From positions 32,897 through 96,896 of IMG/VR virus record IMGVR_UViG_3300033553_000165: a stretch of DNA of 64,000 bases. One strand, given 5' to 3'. Source of the DNA: a virus. Both the position numbers and the translations under genes were made by a program. Positions 36,758 through 47,054 of this stretch are shown in pieces; the first letter of the stretch is position 1; the number at the start of each line of letters is the position of its first letter. The notes beneath the pieces are model-generated. The model did not search any database, was not told the DNA's origin, and worked only from the letters and a program-made list of their open reading frames with translations.

Positions 36758-37216
36758 TTAATTCCAATTTATGAGTGTACTCGTTGAGCTATTAATAGCT
36801 GTTCCGGTTACAAACCATTCGTGAGTTTTCTTAGCTATTGCTTCGGCAACGTCCTTTGAAGAACCTCCTGCGAACCCAATACTATATGCGGGCAGATAGT
36901 TTAAATAAGCTGTCGGAGGAACGCCTTTGAAAATTGGAGACATACCTTTTGCTAATTCAGCGGCAAATTCCTCGACAGCCTTCTCCATAATCCTAACGTC
37001 CGATGAGAACTTAACGCTCAAAAGCCTCATCCTCATTTTTTCCCTGGCTAGCAAAATGGTAGAACTTGGCGGGACAATTCCCACCGCATATTTTGTAAAA
37101 ACTTCGCTCCATCTTTCGGCAGCTTCAATACTACCTTCAGGGAACCCATCAAACGAATCAAAAGTTGGATCTGTAATCCTTCTTATTTCATAAGTCAATA
37201 TATCCCTGTATAGCAT
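36758..37216 (-). CDS. Hypothetical virion protein
   Basis: ORF track; follows the spike gene. Confidence 0.6.
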   Translation of the reverse strand: MLYRDILTYEIRRITDPTFDSFDGFPEGSIEAAERWSEVFTKYAVGIVPPSSTILLAREKMRMRLLSVKFSSDVRIMEKAVEEFAAELAKGMSPIFKGVPPTAYLNYLPAYSIGFAGGSSKDVAEAIAKKTHEWFVTGTAINSSTSTLINWN

Positions 37217-37217
37217 A

Positions 37218-38123
37218 TTAATCCGTATTCGTTAATTTGGAAAGGAATTTTTCAAAATCCTTTCTTACTAATCTAAACTCCGCATCATTAATCCTTGTAC
37301 CACTTGGCCCAAAAGCAGTCGGCACGGTCATCTTCGCCAAAGCGTCATCATACTTCTCCAATATCTCCTTTAGCATATTTCCTAGAACCAAAGGTTCATT
37401 ACCGTCTCCGAAATTAATCTTAGACGATTTATCTGCTCTTATTTCAATCTTCTCCTCAGAAACGCTTACTTTATTCTCATATTCATCTTCGTATGTATAT
37501 CTCTCCGTTTCATCTGGACTCAAGGAACTTTTTGCCTTTATAGTTCCGTCTAAATCCGTAACCAGATTCTCAATCTTACCTTGAGACGCATTAATAGTTC
37601 TTTGGGTAGAATGAGTAAGAATTTGACCATTTACCTTGAGCTGAAAAATAGCGTCTTTATTTTTATCAGTCAACTCAATATTCATAACCATCCGCTCCGT
37701 AACTCCGTTTCCGGAAATTGAGATGGTTCCCTTTTTAGCGTCTAAATCTACATCGACAATATTTCCGCTATCGGTTGCCGTTATTCTTTTACGGTTTTCT
37801 GAATGAGAGAAAAAATCTTTATCATATTTCAAGCACGCAACTACAACTACCTCATTATGTTTAGGAATATTTATCCAAACTACAGGTGAACCCATTTCTC
37901 CAGACTTTTTGGGAAATTTAACCCTCTGGAGAGATTCACGATCTATATGAACATTATAAAAATTACTATGTCCATATCCTCCGAAAATTGAAATTCTTCC
38001 CGTATTGTAAACGTCTTGCTTATATTCTTCAATATCTACATTCTCAGGAATTATTACAAATCCTATCCCTGCGGGCAAATTACCGCTTAATCCTCTAATC
38101 CCTATGAAATCTTTCTTATCCAT
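37218..38123 (-). CDS. Baseplate central spike-like protein
   Basis: Beta-strand repeats; C-terminal EPLVLGN.L...VPTAFGPSGT..N. Confidence 0.65.
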   Translation of the reverse strand: MDKKDFIGIRGLSGNLPAGIGFVIIPENVDIEEYKQDVYNTGRISIFGGYGHSNFYNVHIDRESLQRVKFPKKSGEMGSPVVWINIPKHNEVVVVACLKYDKDFFSHSENRKRITATDSGNIVDVDLDAKKGTISISGNGVTERMVMNIELTDKNKDAIFQLKVNGQILTHSTQRTINASQGKIENLVTDLDGTIKAKSSLSPDETERYTYEDEYENKVSVSEEKIEIRADKSSKINFGDGNEPLVLGNMLKEILEKYDDALAKMTVPTAFGPSGTRINDAEFRLVRKDFEKFLSKLTNTD

Positions 38124-39607
38124 TATTCTTTTGCGAATTGTTTACGGTTAATAAAAAATTGAAATACCTTATCATTCACTTTCCAATTTATATCTTCTGC
38201 ATTGTCTACATTCTCATCAAATAGAATCAAATTGAAATATCCTATGGAATCTTTATTTTTAGGAGCCGCAGTAAATTCTATTTTCATTCCCCTGCTAACT
38301 TGGATAATGGTTATAAATTCCGCTCCCCCGTCATTAGCGCTATATCTAGTTGAAACCGAATCTACATAAAATTCTTCTCCAGTTGGATGATAGAATATTT
38401 TATACCCTCTTTTGATTCTTGTAGTTCCTCGGACGGTTATGGTTCCTTGTCTGGTGAAGGGAAGGTACATATTACTTTCAACCATATATCTTAAATCTTC
38501 CTTCGCTTTTTTGTACATACTACTTTGACCTTTTACCTTGGTAAAATTCACATAGTTGCTAACTTGTATATTTGGTTTACTTCCCCATATTTCCGCATAC
38601 TCCTCAAAGAATACCGCTGTGATATATGCGAAGATTAAATTTTGTTCCCCTAGAAAGGAACCTCTGGGGATAATTTGATACCAAGAAAACACCTCACCAT
38701 CATACCAAGCTAAATCGTCAGTTAAGACCTCCTCTTCATAGATAGACGTCATAAGGGGCAATTCCGTCCATCCGTTATAATCGAATGGCTCTTTCCTGGA
38801 AAAGAAGTAATATTGATCTCCTATCGTATCTCCGTAAAATTGTAACCAAGGAGCCTGAACAACTTGATTAACAAAATTTATTAAGCTACCTTGAGAAGTC
38901 GCAATTCCCGCATCGTTTACACTTTGGCTCAGGGAGTACTGATCTGCTACCATCTTTATTATTTGCCAAATTCCTACCGCATTTTGGTTTTCGATCTTTG
39001 TGATCATTCTCCGGATAGGTTTTTCTTTCTTTTCGGTTTCGGTTTGTGTCTCTTTGATTAGGTTTCCCCCAACTTTCGTTTCCCATTCTCCTAGAACTTT
39101 TAATACAGTTTCTTTTACGCTTTTTTTATCTACCTCATCAAGTAGTACATATCCATTCTCATCTACAAGTCCTTTATTATGGGCTTTTAATAAGTCAATG
39201 GTTTTTATATTATTGTAATCAAAATGGTGTATCTCGCCTTTCATCGTAGAACCTAACCATCTCAACTTATACTTATTTGCGATTGGTTGAATTTTACGGT
39301 AAAGAGATCTGTCTTTTACAAATTCTTCTTTAACAAAATCATAAACATAAATATCAATAGCTAAACCATAATTGTGGTAACTACTTCCTGGCTTGGCAGC
39401 CACTATTTTAGATTCTTTTGAAAGGTATTTTCGATAGAGTGAAGCTTGTTCGGCAACCGTTCTGTAGGCTGAAAATATCCAAACAGGTGTTCCCGATTGT
39501 TCGCAATCAAATACGAAATTACTAAATCGTTCACGCTCATCTGGATGAAGACTTTTAATCTCTTCAGCGTTATTCGCAGCAGCGTTTGCTAAATTTCTGG
39601 TTCGCAT
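38123..39607 (-). CDS. Baseplate hub protein with N-terminal M15 (L-Ala-D-Glu-type) peptidase
   Basis: SAYRTVAEQ..LY...AKPGSSYHNYGLAID...W.G...EIHHF; C-terminal GTITVRG..RIKRG...EFYVDSV...RG hub motif. Confidence 0.8.
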   Translation of the reverse strand: MRTRNLANAAANNAEEIKSLHPDERERFSNFVFDCEQSGTPVWIFSAYRTVAEQASLYRKYLSKESKIVAAKPGSSYHNYGLAIDIYVYDFVKEEFVKDRSLYRKIQPIANKYKLRWLGSTMKGEIHHFDYNNIKTIDLLKAHNKGLVDENGYVLLDEVDKKSVKETVLKVLGEWETKVGGNLIKETQTETEKKEKPIRRMITKIENQNAVGIWQIIKMVADQYSLSQSVNDAGIATSQGSLINFVNQVVQAPWLQFYGDTIGDQYYFFSRKEPFDYNGWTELPLMTSIYEEEVLTDDLAWYDGEVFSWYQIIPRGSFLGEQNLIFAYITAVFFEEYAEIWGSKPNIQVSNYVNFTKVKGQSSMYKKAKEDLRYMVESNMYLPFTRQGTITVRGTTRIKRGYKIFYHPTGEEFYVDSVSTRYSANDGGAEFITIIQVSRGMKIEFTAAPKNKDSIGYFNLILFDENVDNAEDINWKVNDKVFQFFINRKQFAKE

Positions 39608-39608
39608 C

Positions 39609-41108
39609 TTAATAGTCTAATTCGTCGTTTGTATTTTCTTCATCTACTTCCTCTATTTCATAAATAGGTATCGTGAAAGAAGTTCTCCTGTCTCCATAGT
39701 ATTGGAAAAGATCACTATGACATATTTCAATATTTGAAAGTCGGCTCATAAGAAGGCTCATAATAAATTGAACGTTCCGAGCCTCAGGATTAAATAGAAC
39801 CTCAATTTGGCCGTTTGAAAATAGCCTATTAATTCCCAAAGGTCTTACATCTGATCTAGTTATATTCTCCGCATTATTATCATCTCCACGATATGGTAAA
39901 TCTACATTGCTGAAGGCTGAATTTGAATTCTCTGGGTCAGCGAAACTCTTAGCAAAAAAGTAGCTTCCATCCTCAATAAGTAACTTCATACAATCTCTTC
40001 CGGAAACGGATAAATTTGTACTAGAATTTTCAAAAGAAACTTGCAGTTGGTTAGAATCTATCAAGCCTATCATTTGCCAATCCTTTCCTGGTAACCAAGA
40101 ATTGTCTATAAAGAAATCATTCTGGTAAGGGATTTCAACCCCGATATCTGTGAATGTTATGAAAATTATATCGTTCTCAGAAATAAGGTTTTTGAATAGG
40201 GTTTCGCTCCTATTAAAATCAGGCTCGTCTCTTCCTTTAAATTTACGGTCTCGGCTGTTAAAATTATTAGTCGTTGTATTTTGAAACCGCTGTCCAGCTG
40301 TAGCTCCTTCGTGATCTTCGGTTTGACGGAATCCCATTTTATTCAAAAGACTTTTGAACATAAAGTTCGTTTTGCCGTTATGCTCGAAACTTACATATCT
40401 TTCTTTATTTGGATGCCATATCCCTGAAGGCTGACCGTCTATCAAATCAAACACCCCATCAATAGGTAAAAGTGAAAGAGAGAAGTTGCCTCCACTCTCA
40501 GTTTGGTTTATCGAAACGCTTTCTACAAAAGGTGTGAGGTTGAAAATAGAATTTGTATTAAATTTACCTCCTTCATTTAAGGTTTTTGACCATAACCAAA
40601 CTAATGGCTTTATACTTTGGCGTCTACTCCCCTCAATATTTGTAGTATCTACGTTTCCGTGAATTTCTTCGCCAGTGCTAAGTCTCTGCTGAATGGAGTC
40701 TCTGTAAAATTTATTCTTATCTACTATGAATGCTTTTTCGCTTGCTCCGCTAAAATCTTCAATTTGGAAGTCATTAGCTAATACATTCCCTTGACTAAAT
40801 AATACGTCTGGAGAAAGATTATTCGCATCTACATATAATACGATAGGGATAGGGCAAGGATATTCCCCATCTATTGCGGAAGAATCTTTTATATCCGTTC
40901 CAAACTTATCGGCTAATCCTAAAGATATTCTAGTCATCATAGAATAATCCTCAAAAACTAAATCCCGATTCTTAACCTTAGTTTCAGGGTTTTCCGTATC
41001 AAGAAATTCTTTATCATCAATAACGATTCTAAAAAACTCCCTTACATTTTTTAAGGACGCCTTATACCCTAACTCGCCATTGTATTGTATCTCCGTGAAT
41101 TTACTCAT
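39609..41108 (-). CDS. Baseplate hub-like protein (N-terminal portion)
   Basis: MIGLID...VSGRDCMKLL motif; follows the tape measure gene. Confidence 0.6.
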   Translation of the reverse strand: MSKFTEIQYNGELGYKASLKNVREFFRIVIDDKEFLDTENPETKVKNRDLVFEDYSMMTRISLGLADKFGTDIKDSSAIDGEYPCPIPIVLYVDANNLSPDVLFSQGNVLANDFQIEDFSGASEKAFIVDKNKFYRDSIQQRLSTGEEIHGNVDTTNIEGSRRQSIKPLVWLWSKTLNEGGKFNTNSIFNLTPFVESVSINQTESGGNFSLSLLPIDGVFDLIDGQPSGIWHPNKERYVSFEHNGKTNFMFKSLLNKMGFRQTEDHEGATAGQRFQNTTTNNFNSRDRKFKGRDEPDFNRSETLFKNLISENDIIFITFTDIGVEIPYQNDFFIDNSWLPGKDWQMIGLIDSNQLQVSFENSSTNLSVSGRDCMKLLIEDGSYFFAKSFADPENSNSAFSNVDLPYRGDDNNAENITRSDVRPLGINRLFSNGQIEVLFNPEARNVQFIMSLLMSRLSNIEICHSDLFQYYGDRRTSFTIPIYEIEEVDEENTNDELDY

Positions 41109-43018
41109 TATTGTCCCGTTCTAGAATTGTTTCCTGGAATGTTTGTATTTCTATTTTTAGGTGGTGCCGTCTTGTCTTCCAAAATAGAAACATTTACCGC
41201 ATTTCCAGTAATAATGTCCTTAAAAATTGAGCTAAAAATATCCACGAAACTTTGAGATCTGTTTGAGAAGTCGTTTATCGCCTCACTCACCGCTCCAACT
41301 CCTGAATTGGCATCGTTTACCATAGTGTCCCCATCTAAGGTTGACTTTCGGGTTTTCATTTCCTCTATGCCTTTACCTCTTAAAAGTTCGTCTGGATCGC
41401 CCCCTTTAGCCATATTCTCATAAATCTCCATATCCTTTTCACTTTCAGGATTGAACATTGAGTACCATACGTCATCCATCGCCATTTTATTTCCACCTGT
41501 ACGTTCCTGAATCATTTTAAACATTTCAGACATATACTCTGGGTCGTCTGGATTAAATCGAACCTTTCTTCGTAAGGCAGCTGGATCATCCGCAATTTCT
41601 GGATTGGCTCGCCTTGCCGCTTCTATCTTCCACATTTGAAGATTATCGCTTCCTCCTTCTCCTAATCCTTGTATCGTTTGATTAATGAATCCTGAAGCAC
41701 GTTCCCCTTTTCCGGAAAGACCTGCTGACTCAAAAGCTGCTAACATTTGTAAAGCTCCGTCGTTATCTACTACATCACGCTTGGAACGTTGTAAAGATAA
41801 AATTGTATTTTGAGCCGTTAATTTTTCTGTGAGTGTTGAAAGATCGTTTTCCTTTAGCGAACTTTTATCAATGGAAGTCAAGACATTCAAAACATCTAAG
41901 GCTATTTCGGTAGAGGATTCTTGACCCTCAACAAACCTTTCAAATTGGGAAAACATTCCTGAATCTCCGCCGAAGGCTTTTTGAAACGCAACGTCGGCAT
42001 AAGTTCTAGCTTGAAGATCGTCTCCCGCATTTCCTGAAGCTTGAGCCTTTTGATACATACTGGCTGAGAAGTCTTGGTTATTCATCCCCATCGCCCCTAT
42101 GTCGAAACGGTCGTTGAACCCTTCTCTGAATTGATCGTTAGACATCTCTCCAGTCATCGCTCCACCTCTCATAGCGGCAACGGGTGCTAGTCCTTCTCTT
42201 AATTTATCTCCGTGCCCTAACGTCTCCTTAACAATCATAGCGATGATTCCGGCTATGGTAAACCCTTTAGCCATCCCCGTTAGAGAACCTCCAGCTTGTA
42301 GACCACCTTGAACCGTTCCCATTAAATCTCCTCGTCCTGCAGAACCAGCAGCCATTAAAGGACTTCTGAAATCTATTCCGCTCATATCCGTCCCTTCCTC
42401 TTCCTGGTCGGGTCGTTTCATTTCACGGAGACGTTGATTATTTTCGTCTAATCTTTCTTGTATTGCAGCGACTTCTTCTTCGCTTCCGGCTTTATTTTGA
42501 AGATTTCTTAGTTCCCTATTTTCTCTGAGAATTTCAGCTTGCGGACCAGAATGCTCACTATTGTCTCTTTGCTTTAATTCACGTTCAATTTTAGAAGCAT
42601 CGGAAAGTTCCTTGTGGATATCCCGCAAGGTTTGATTCATTTCTTTTTCTACCGCAAGAAGTTCTGAAGATTCATCTGAATCTAATGATTTTTGGTCAGA
42701 TTTGAATTCGTCTTCGTATTTACCAAAGGTTTCCTTACTTATTTCACCACTGGCATACTTCTCTTGTACTTCTTCGAAATTTGTTTCAGTGATACTCCTT
42801 AAATCTGAATATTCCTCACGTATTTGGCCTTTTTGTTCTCGAAGCGTATCTTCACCAAGATTATTGATAGCATTTTTCTGCTGAGTGGGAGTCAAATCGC
42901 TCAGATTATTTACCTCACTGATATCCCTACCTAACTCCTGAGCCTTTTGACGTAATGAATCTAGCTGAGAACCTAGACCGTCGTCTCTCCCCCTTATATT
43001 TACACTAACCTCTGCCAT
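41108..43018 (-). CDS. Tape measure protein
   Basis: Helical, G/A-rich middle with a hydrophobic segment; follows the tail tube and chaperone genes. Confidence 0.7.
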   Translation of the reverse strand: MAEVSVNIRGRDDGLGSQLDSLRQKAQELGRDISEVNNLSDLTPTQQKNAINNLGEDTLREQKGQIREEYSDLRSITETNFEEVQEKYASGEISKETFGKYEDEFKSDQKSLDSDESSELLAVEKEMNQTLRDIHKELSDASKIERELKQRDNSEHSGPQAEILRENRELRNLQNKAGSEEEVAAIQERLDENNQRLREMKRPDQEEEGTDMSGIDFRSPLMAAGSAGRGDLMGTVQGGLQAGGSLTGMAKGFTIAGIIAMIVKETLGHGDKLREGLAPVAAMRGGAMTGEMSNDQFREGFNDRFDIGAMGMNNQDFSASMYQKAQASGNAGDDLQARTYADVAFQKAFGGDSGMFSQFERFVEGQESSTEIALDVLNVLTSIDKSSLKENDLSTLTEKLTAQNTILSLQRSKRDVVDNDGALQMLAAFESAGLSGKGERASGFINQTIQGLGEGGSDNLQMWKIEAARRANPEIADDPAALRRKVRFNPDDPEYMSEMFKMIQERTGGNKMAMDDVWYSMFNPESEKDMEIYENMAKGGDPDELLRGKGIEEMKTRKSTLDGDTMVNDANSGVGAVSEAINDFSNRSQSFVDIFSSIFKDIITGNAVNVSILEDKTAPPKNRNTNIPGNNSRTGQ

Positions 43019-43037
43019 TAACTATGCGTTTAGAGAG

Positions 43038-43313
43038 TTAATACTTGGATATGTCCAAGTCGTCAAAGTCGGCATCTAATTCTTTTTGGGGAACCGTGTA
43101 ACCTTTAACCTCTTCTTCTTCCTTTTCGGAACCTAAATTGCGCATCATTTTATCCTCCTCATAGTCTATAAGCATATCTATGAAATTCATTTCACGATGC
43201 GCCTTACTTCCATAAGAAACATTGTATTTTTTACGCCACCAATAGTCAATAGGGAATTGATTATTCCATCTAACTATTTCGTTCTTAATCTTCCTTTTGA
43301 GGTTGTTCGGCAT
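43038..43313 (-). CDS. Tail assembly chaperone (second)
   Basis: YWWRKKYN...H..M motif; directly before the tape measure gene. Confidence 0.55.
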   Translation of the reverse strand: MPNNLKRKIKNEIVRWNNQFPIDYWWRKKYNVSYGSKAHREMNFIDMLIDYEEDKMMRNLGSEKEEEEVKGYTVPQKELDADFDDLDISKY

Positions 43314-43656
43314 CTTCTTGGTTGTATGAGTATAAATCGTCTAACAACGGTTTGAACCAAGGGATAAAATCAGCTTTAAATATCTTCACAAGTTCCTTAG
43401 CTACAAAAGGATCAATATTTCTCCAGTTATCAATCTTAAGGTCTTTCCTAAGATCAGGAATTAATACGGAGAGATACGCTATGGTGTCTGCTACATCTAA
43501 GGCAAAACCGTGAGCCTTCAAATTGCTCATAGCCATATCTATATATTTCCCGTTTGTATATGCGATTTTGAAGGATTCTATGTCCATCAATTGTCCAACA
43601 TTAGGAAAAGGGATATTATATCCCTTTCCTCTAATTTCTAAATGTTTACTTTCCAT
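43285..43656 (-). CDS. Tail assembly chaperone
   Basis: Position after tail tube; FPNVGQLMDIE. Confidence 0.6.
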   Translation of the reverse strand: MESKHLEIRGKGYNIPFPNVGQLMDIESFKIAYTNGKYIDMAMSNLKAHGFALDVADTIAYLSVLIPDLRKDLKIDNWRNIDPFVAKELVKIFKADFIPWFKPLLDDLYSYNQEDAEQPQKED

Positions 43657-43670
43657 TAATTATGTATAAT

Positions 43671-44159
43671 TTAAACGCTAAATAAGATTGGCGTCATATA
43701 TTCAAAATCTACGTTCCTTCCGGAAATTTGACCTTCTGAGATATCAAACCCTTCCTTGGTTGAAAGTGCTCCTCTAACCGAAGCAAACACTTCGTACCTT
43801 GGAGTGATAATTCCGGTCTCTGGATCAATGGAGTCTTTAACCTTCTTCATTATATCAATAGTGATCCCCTCCTCCCGAAGCAGAACTGTATCAACGAACT
43901 CTTGAAGGTTATTGACTTTTCTTAGGATGGATTTTTTAGCCATCTCATCCTGCCCATCGAATTTTATTGAGTAGAACCCGCAATTTAGGTTTCCATTCCA
44001 ATCTAAGGCTGGAAGTTCTGAAGGTGTCAATTTACCGATTCCGGTAACTCGACCTCTACGAATACTTTCGTTCACCCTTATGTTCTTCATTTTACCGATA
44101 GCTACACCACCAACTTTTATTACCGCAAGTGGGGCTGTCATTACTTTGTCTTGTGCCAT
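43671..44159 (-). CDS. Tail tube protein
   Basis: 162 aa after the sheath; IG.M.NI...E...V.GIG...P.E pattern of SPO1/Twort-like tubes. Confidence 0.8.
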   Translation of the reverse strand: MAQDKVMTAPLAVIKVGGVAIGKMKNIRVNESIRRGRVTGIGKLTPSELPALDWNGNLNCGFYSIKFDGQDEMAKKSILRKVNNLQEFVDTVLLREEGITIDIMKKVKDSIDPETGIITPRYEVFASVRGALSTKEGFDISEGQISGRNVDFEYMTPILFSV

Positions 44160-44171
44160 TGTTTAAGTCTA

Positions 44172-46100
44172 TTATAAATTAGTATCTAACATAAATCCAG
44201 TAACAAACATTTTGTTTATCGGACCATTAGGAACGTATCCATATTCAACTGAATAAGAACCTTGCTCAAGCCTTACCGTTACATTCTCGAATTTGATTAT
44301 TAGGCTGCTTTCTCCGTCTTGTTGTGACTTACTTAGTAAGTAACCTTCAACGAAAGATTTAACGTCGGCAGGAGTCACGTTTCCTCTGTTTCCTCCGATG
44401 AACAAAGGTCTCATATTTAACACGAGCTCCTTATTCAATTGTGCACCGATACTCATAATCGAAATTTCAAAAGAAGTTCCGTCAGGATTTATTTGTTGGG
44501 TGTTTTTCTGTAAGGTATTTATTCCTTGATTCACTACGTGTCCAATTCCTGGAACAAAACGGTTGTGAAGAACCCCAGCTTGTAAGGCTCTTTCTCTGTC
44601 CTTTATTCCCAGACTATGAATGAAGTTCGTAATTCTTAAGGCTTTAAAGGTTAATGGCTCTTGCGGCTCTAAACCTCCTAATCTACCTACTACGTTAGCA
44701 GCGTGATAGAAAGAAGGAAGAACTTCCGTTCTACCTGTAATTGAATCTTCTTTAAGATTTCCTGAGTGAGCGACTATAACTCTAGCACTGTCGTAGAATT
44801 TAGCAATCTCTATTGAGCTGTTGGTATCTCCAGAAAATTTGGTTTCATCTAAACCTCCACCAATTACCATAAATTTATCGAATTCAGATTCATTTATGAT
44901 ATGGTTAAGGATTTTCATATTTTGAGCACCTTTAGCTTCGTCTCCAAATCTATCGCAAAGGAAATAAGTATTTTCAAGTTCACGAACCGATTGTAGAACA
45001 GCGTCCAAATCTTCTGGGCGATAAAGTTCAGTTCCTCCCGTAGCCATTACCATTTCAGTTGTAAGGTCTCCGGCAACTATTGTTCCCCCATTTACTTGAG
45101 TGTAGTTGTCTGCTAATTTGAAAGAAGCGTTGAAGTTGAAATTTGTAGATGCCCAAGCAACAATTTCATCTATGGTAGAAAGTTCTGGAGAACGAGCGAT
45201 AAAATTCGGAACCGCTCCGTCTTCTTCTATTCTTCCGTAAAGATATCCTGTTTCAGATTTACCGTTAAATGAACCTCCTGTTATTTCAATCATAAATTTT
45301 GCGGGGTCATTCTCACCTACTTTAATCTCCGCTCCGTAACCTTTTATGATTCTAGTCCCGTCTACACCTCCAGTGAAACTGGGAGCAGCTGTAGTCGTTA
45401 CCGTTCCGGAAGTTGTTATAGTTAAAGCATCCCCAGAGGCACCTGTATTTTGAGGAGCGAAAACTACTAAGTCAAGTCCTTCAATTTTTGCGGTGTAACC
45501 GTGAGTAGCAGTTCCTGCATTTATAGCTTCTAAAACCTTTTGCTTGAATTCAGCTGGAGAAGTACTGTCGGCTGTAACGTCAGTAGCGATAGCGATACTA
45601 TCAGCAGTTACAGTTAATGTAGCGGCAACTGCAACTGTAGCTCCATCAATCTTGATATACGCTTTCGCCAATCTTTCATTCATCATTCCGTTTCCAACTG
45701 TACCTTCGTTTCTAGCTATGAAAGAAACTGCACCGTTAGTTAAGGCTAAATTTATTCTTGCCCCAACGGTTTGTGCTGCTCTAGCTATATAGAGAACGTC
45801 CGGAGAAGGTGCTCCTACAAGTGGGTTGAAAATATATTCTGAAGCATCCCAAATCATTCCTCCCTTGACGAACCCCTTAAAGTCGTTTGGATTTTCGAAG
45901 GAATAAACAGAACCAAGTCCGTTAGCAAGTTCTCCGGCAACGCCTGAACCTCCACCCCAACCTGCACCGCTTCCCGTGTCGATTATCATTACATTCCCAA
46001 AAGGAAAGTTATTTGGTCTAGCTGTAACCCCACTTTTGGTTTGGGCATATACTCCTGGTTCAACTATTCTTTTACCACCGAAATTTACTACTATGCTCAT
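44172..46100 (-). CDS. Contractile tail sheath protein
   Basis: FGGKRIVEPGVY N-terminus; EPLTFK, VNQGINT, EISI, FIG C-terminal sheath motifs. Confidence 0.9.
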   Translation of the reverse strand: MSIVVNFGGKRIVEPGVYAQTKSGVTARPNNFPFGNVMIIDTGSGAGWGGGSGVAGELANGLGSVYSFENPNDFKGFVKGGMIWDASEYIFNPLVGAPSPDVLYIARAAQTVGARINLALTNGAVSFIARNEGTVGNGMMNERLAKAYIKIDGATVAVAATLTVTADSIAIATDVTADSTSPAEFKQKVLEAINAGTATHGYTAKIEGLDLVVFAPQNTGASGDALTITTSGTVTTTAAPSFTGGVDGTRIIKGYGAEIKVGENDPAKFMIEITGGSFNGKSETGYLYGRIEEDGAVPNFIARSPELSTIDEIVAWASTNFNFNASFKLADNYTQVNGGTIVAGDLTTEMVMATGGTELYRPEDLDAVLQSVRELENTYFLCDRFGDEAKGAQNMKILNHIINESEFDKFMVIGGGLDETKFSGDTNSSIEIAKFYDSARVIVAHSGNLKEDSITGRTEVLPSFYHAANVVGRLGGLEPQEPLTFKALRITNFIHSLGIKDRERALQAGVLHNRFVPGIGHVVNQGINTLQKNTQQINPDGTSFEISIMSIGAQLNKELVLNMRPLFIGGNRGNVTPADVKSFVEGYLLSKSQQDGESSLIIKFENVTVRLEQGSYSVEYGYVPNGPINKMFVTGFMLDTNL

Positions 46101-46105
46101 AATGA

Positions 46106-46336
46106 TTATTGTTTATCTGTTTTATTAGAAGAAGCATTCTTTTTATTCTTAACCTCTTTTATTTTCTCAATTTTTTCTTTCTTTGTTTCCTTATACTCTA
46201 ACCGAATAACTACTTCAGTCTTCAAAGAGTCATACCATTCCTTTTCTGTTCTATCCTTCCCTTCGTGAAGTTTCGCCACTATTGAAGCGTCATTTGCGGA
46301 AAGTTTGTACTTTTTTGAAAATTCTTTTATAAGCAT
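46106..46336 (-). CDS. Small hypothetical protein
   Basis: ORF track; pre-sheath position. Confidence 0.6.
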   Translation of the reverse strand: MLIKEFSKKYKLSANDASIVAKLHEGKDRTEKEWYDSLKTEVVIRLEYKETKKEKIEKIKEVKNKKNASSNKTDKQ

Positions 46337-46346
46337 AATTAGAAGA

Positions 46347-47054
46347 TTATTCGTTTACATTAGTTATAATACCTGTTGAAGCGAAAGTTTTAATTACTCT
46401 ATTTCTAAATAATTCCGGAACGTGTACTTCGTAGAAGAAATTTATACTAAATGATCTATGAAATATATGAGTCGGAACCTTATCGCTCTGAAGACTAACA
46501 TCGTTTCCTCCAAATTTAGGATTCCTCAAACCTGCGAGTTCAAGATGAGCATTTAAGCTAATAAAACAAGCTTTTATGAAATTATATATTAATAAGACTT
46601 CCAAAGTATTTTCTGAAGTTATCATAAGTTGATAAGTTGCGTCAAACTTATTGGTGAAGACCGCTTGATGATTTTGTTGAGTTGTTTCACCCTCCAAAAA
46701 TTCCGTAAGTATTCCATCTTGATAATTTTCATCAGCTCCAATACCTAATGGACTTCCACTTTCGCTCGGTAGAAGAATATGAATACAGCCCATTGCCGCA
46801 ACTTCTAAGTTGTATCCTAAATTTATTTCTACGTCTTTATTTATAAAAAGATCAACCGCTTGGTCGTAATGATTAAAGGTTTCTAAACTAATATCATTAT
46901 CATTTTCATCCTTCTTAAAAAATCTGTAAAGCATAGTCTCCGTTTCTGGGTATGCTACAAAGTCTTCTTTGAGTAATTTAAACATTGCCTTCAAAGTTTT
47001 ATACAAAACCATTTCCGGCATTATGAGTCCATATGAATTATTAGATACCGCCAT
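46347..47054 (-). CDS. Tail terminator/completion-like protein
   Basis: Position in the neck module. Confidence 0.5.
   Translation of the reverse strand: MAVSNNSYGLIMPEMVLYKTLKAMFKLLKEDFVAYPETETMLYRFFKKDENDNDISLETFNHYDQAVDLFINKDVEINLGYNLEVAAMGCIHILLPSESGSPLGIGADENYQDGILTEFLEGETTQQNHQAVFTNKFDATYQLMITSENTLEVLLIYNFIKACFISLNAHLELAGLRNPKFGGNDVSLQSDKVPTHIFHRSFSINFFYEVHVPELFRNRVIKTFASTGIITNVNE

Noticed and set aside
43038-43656. Programmed frameshift joining the tail chaperones
   Set aside because: The ORFs overlap, but I found no XXXYYYZ slippery heptamer there and the second ORF has its own ATG.
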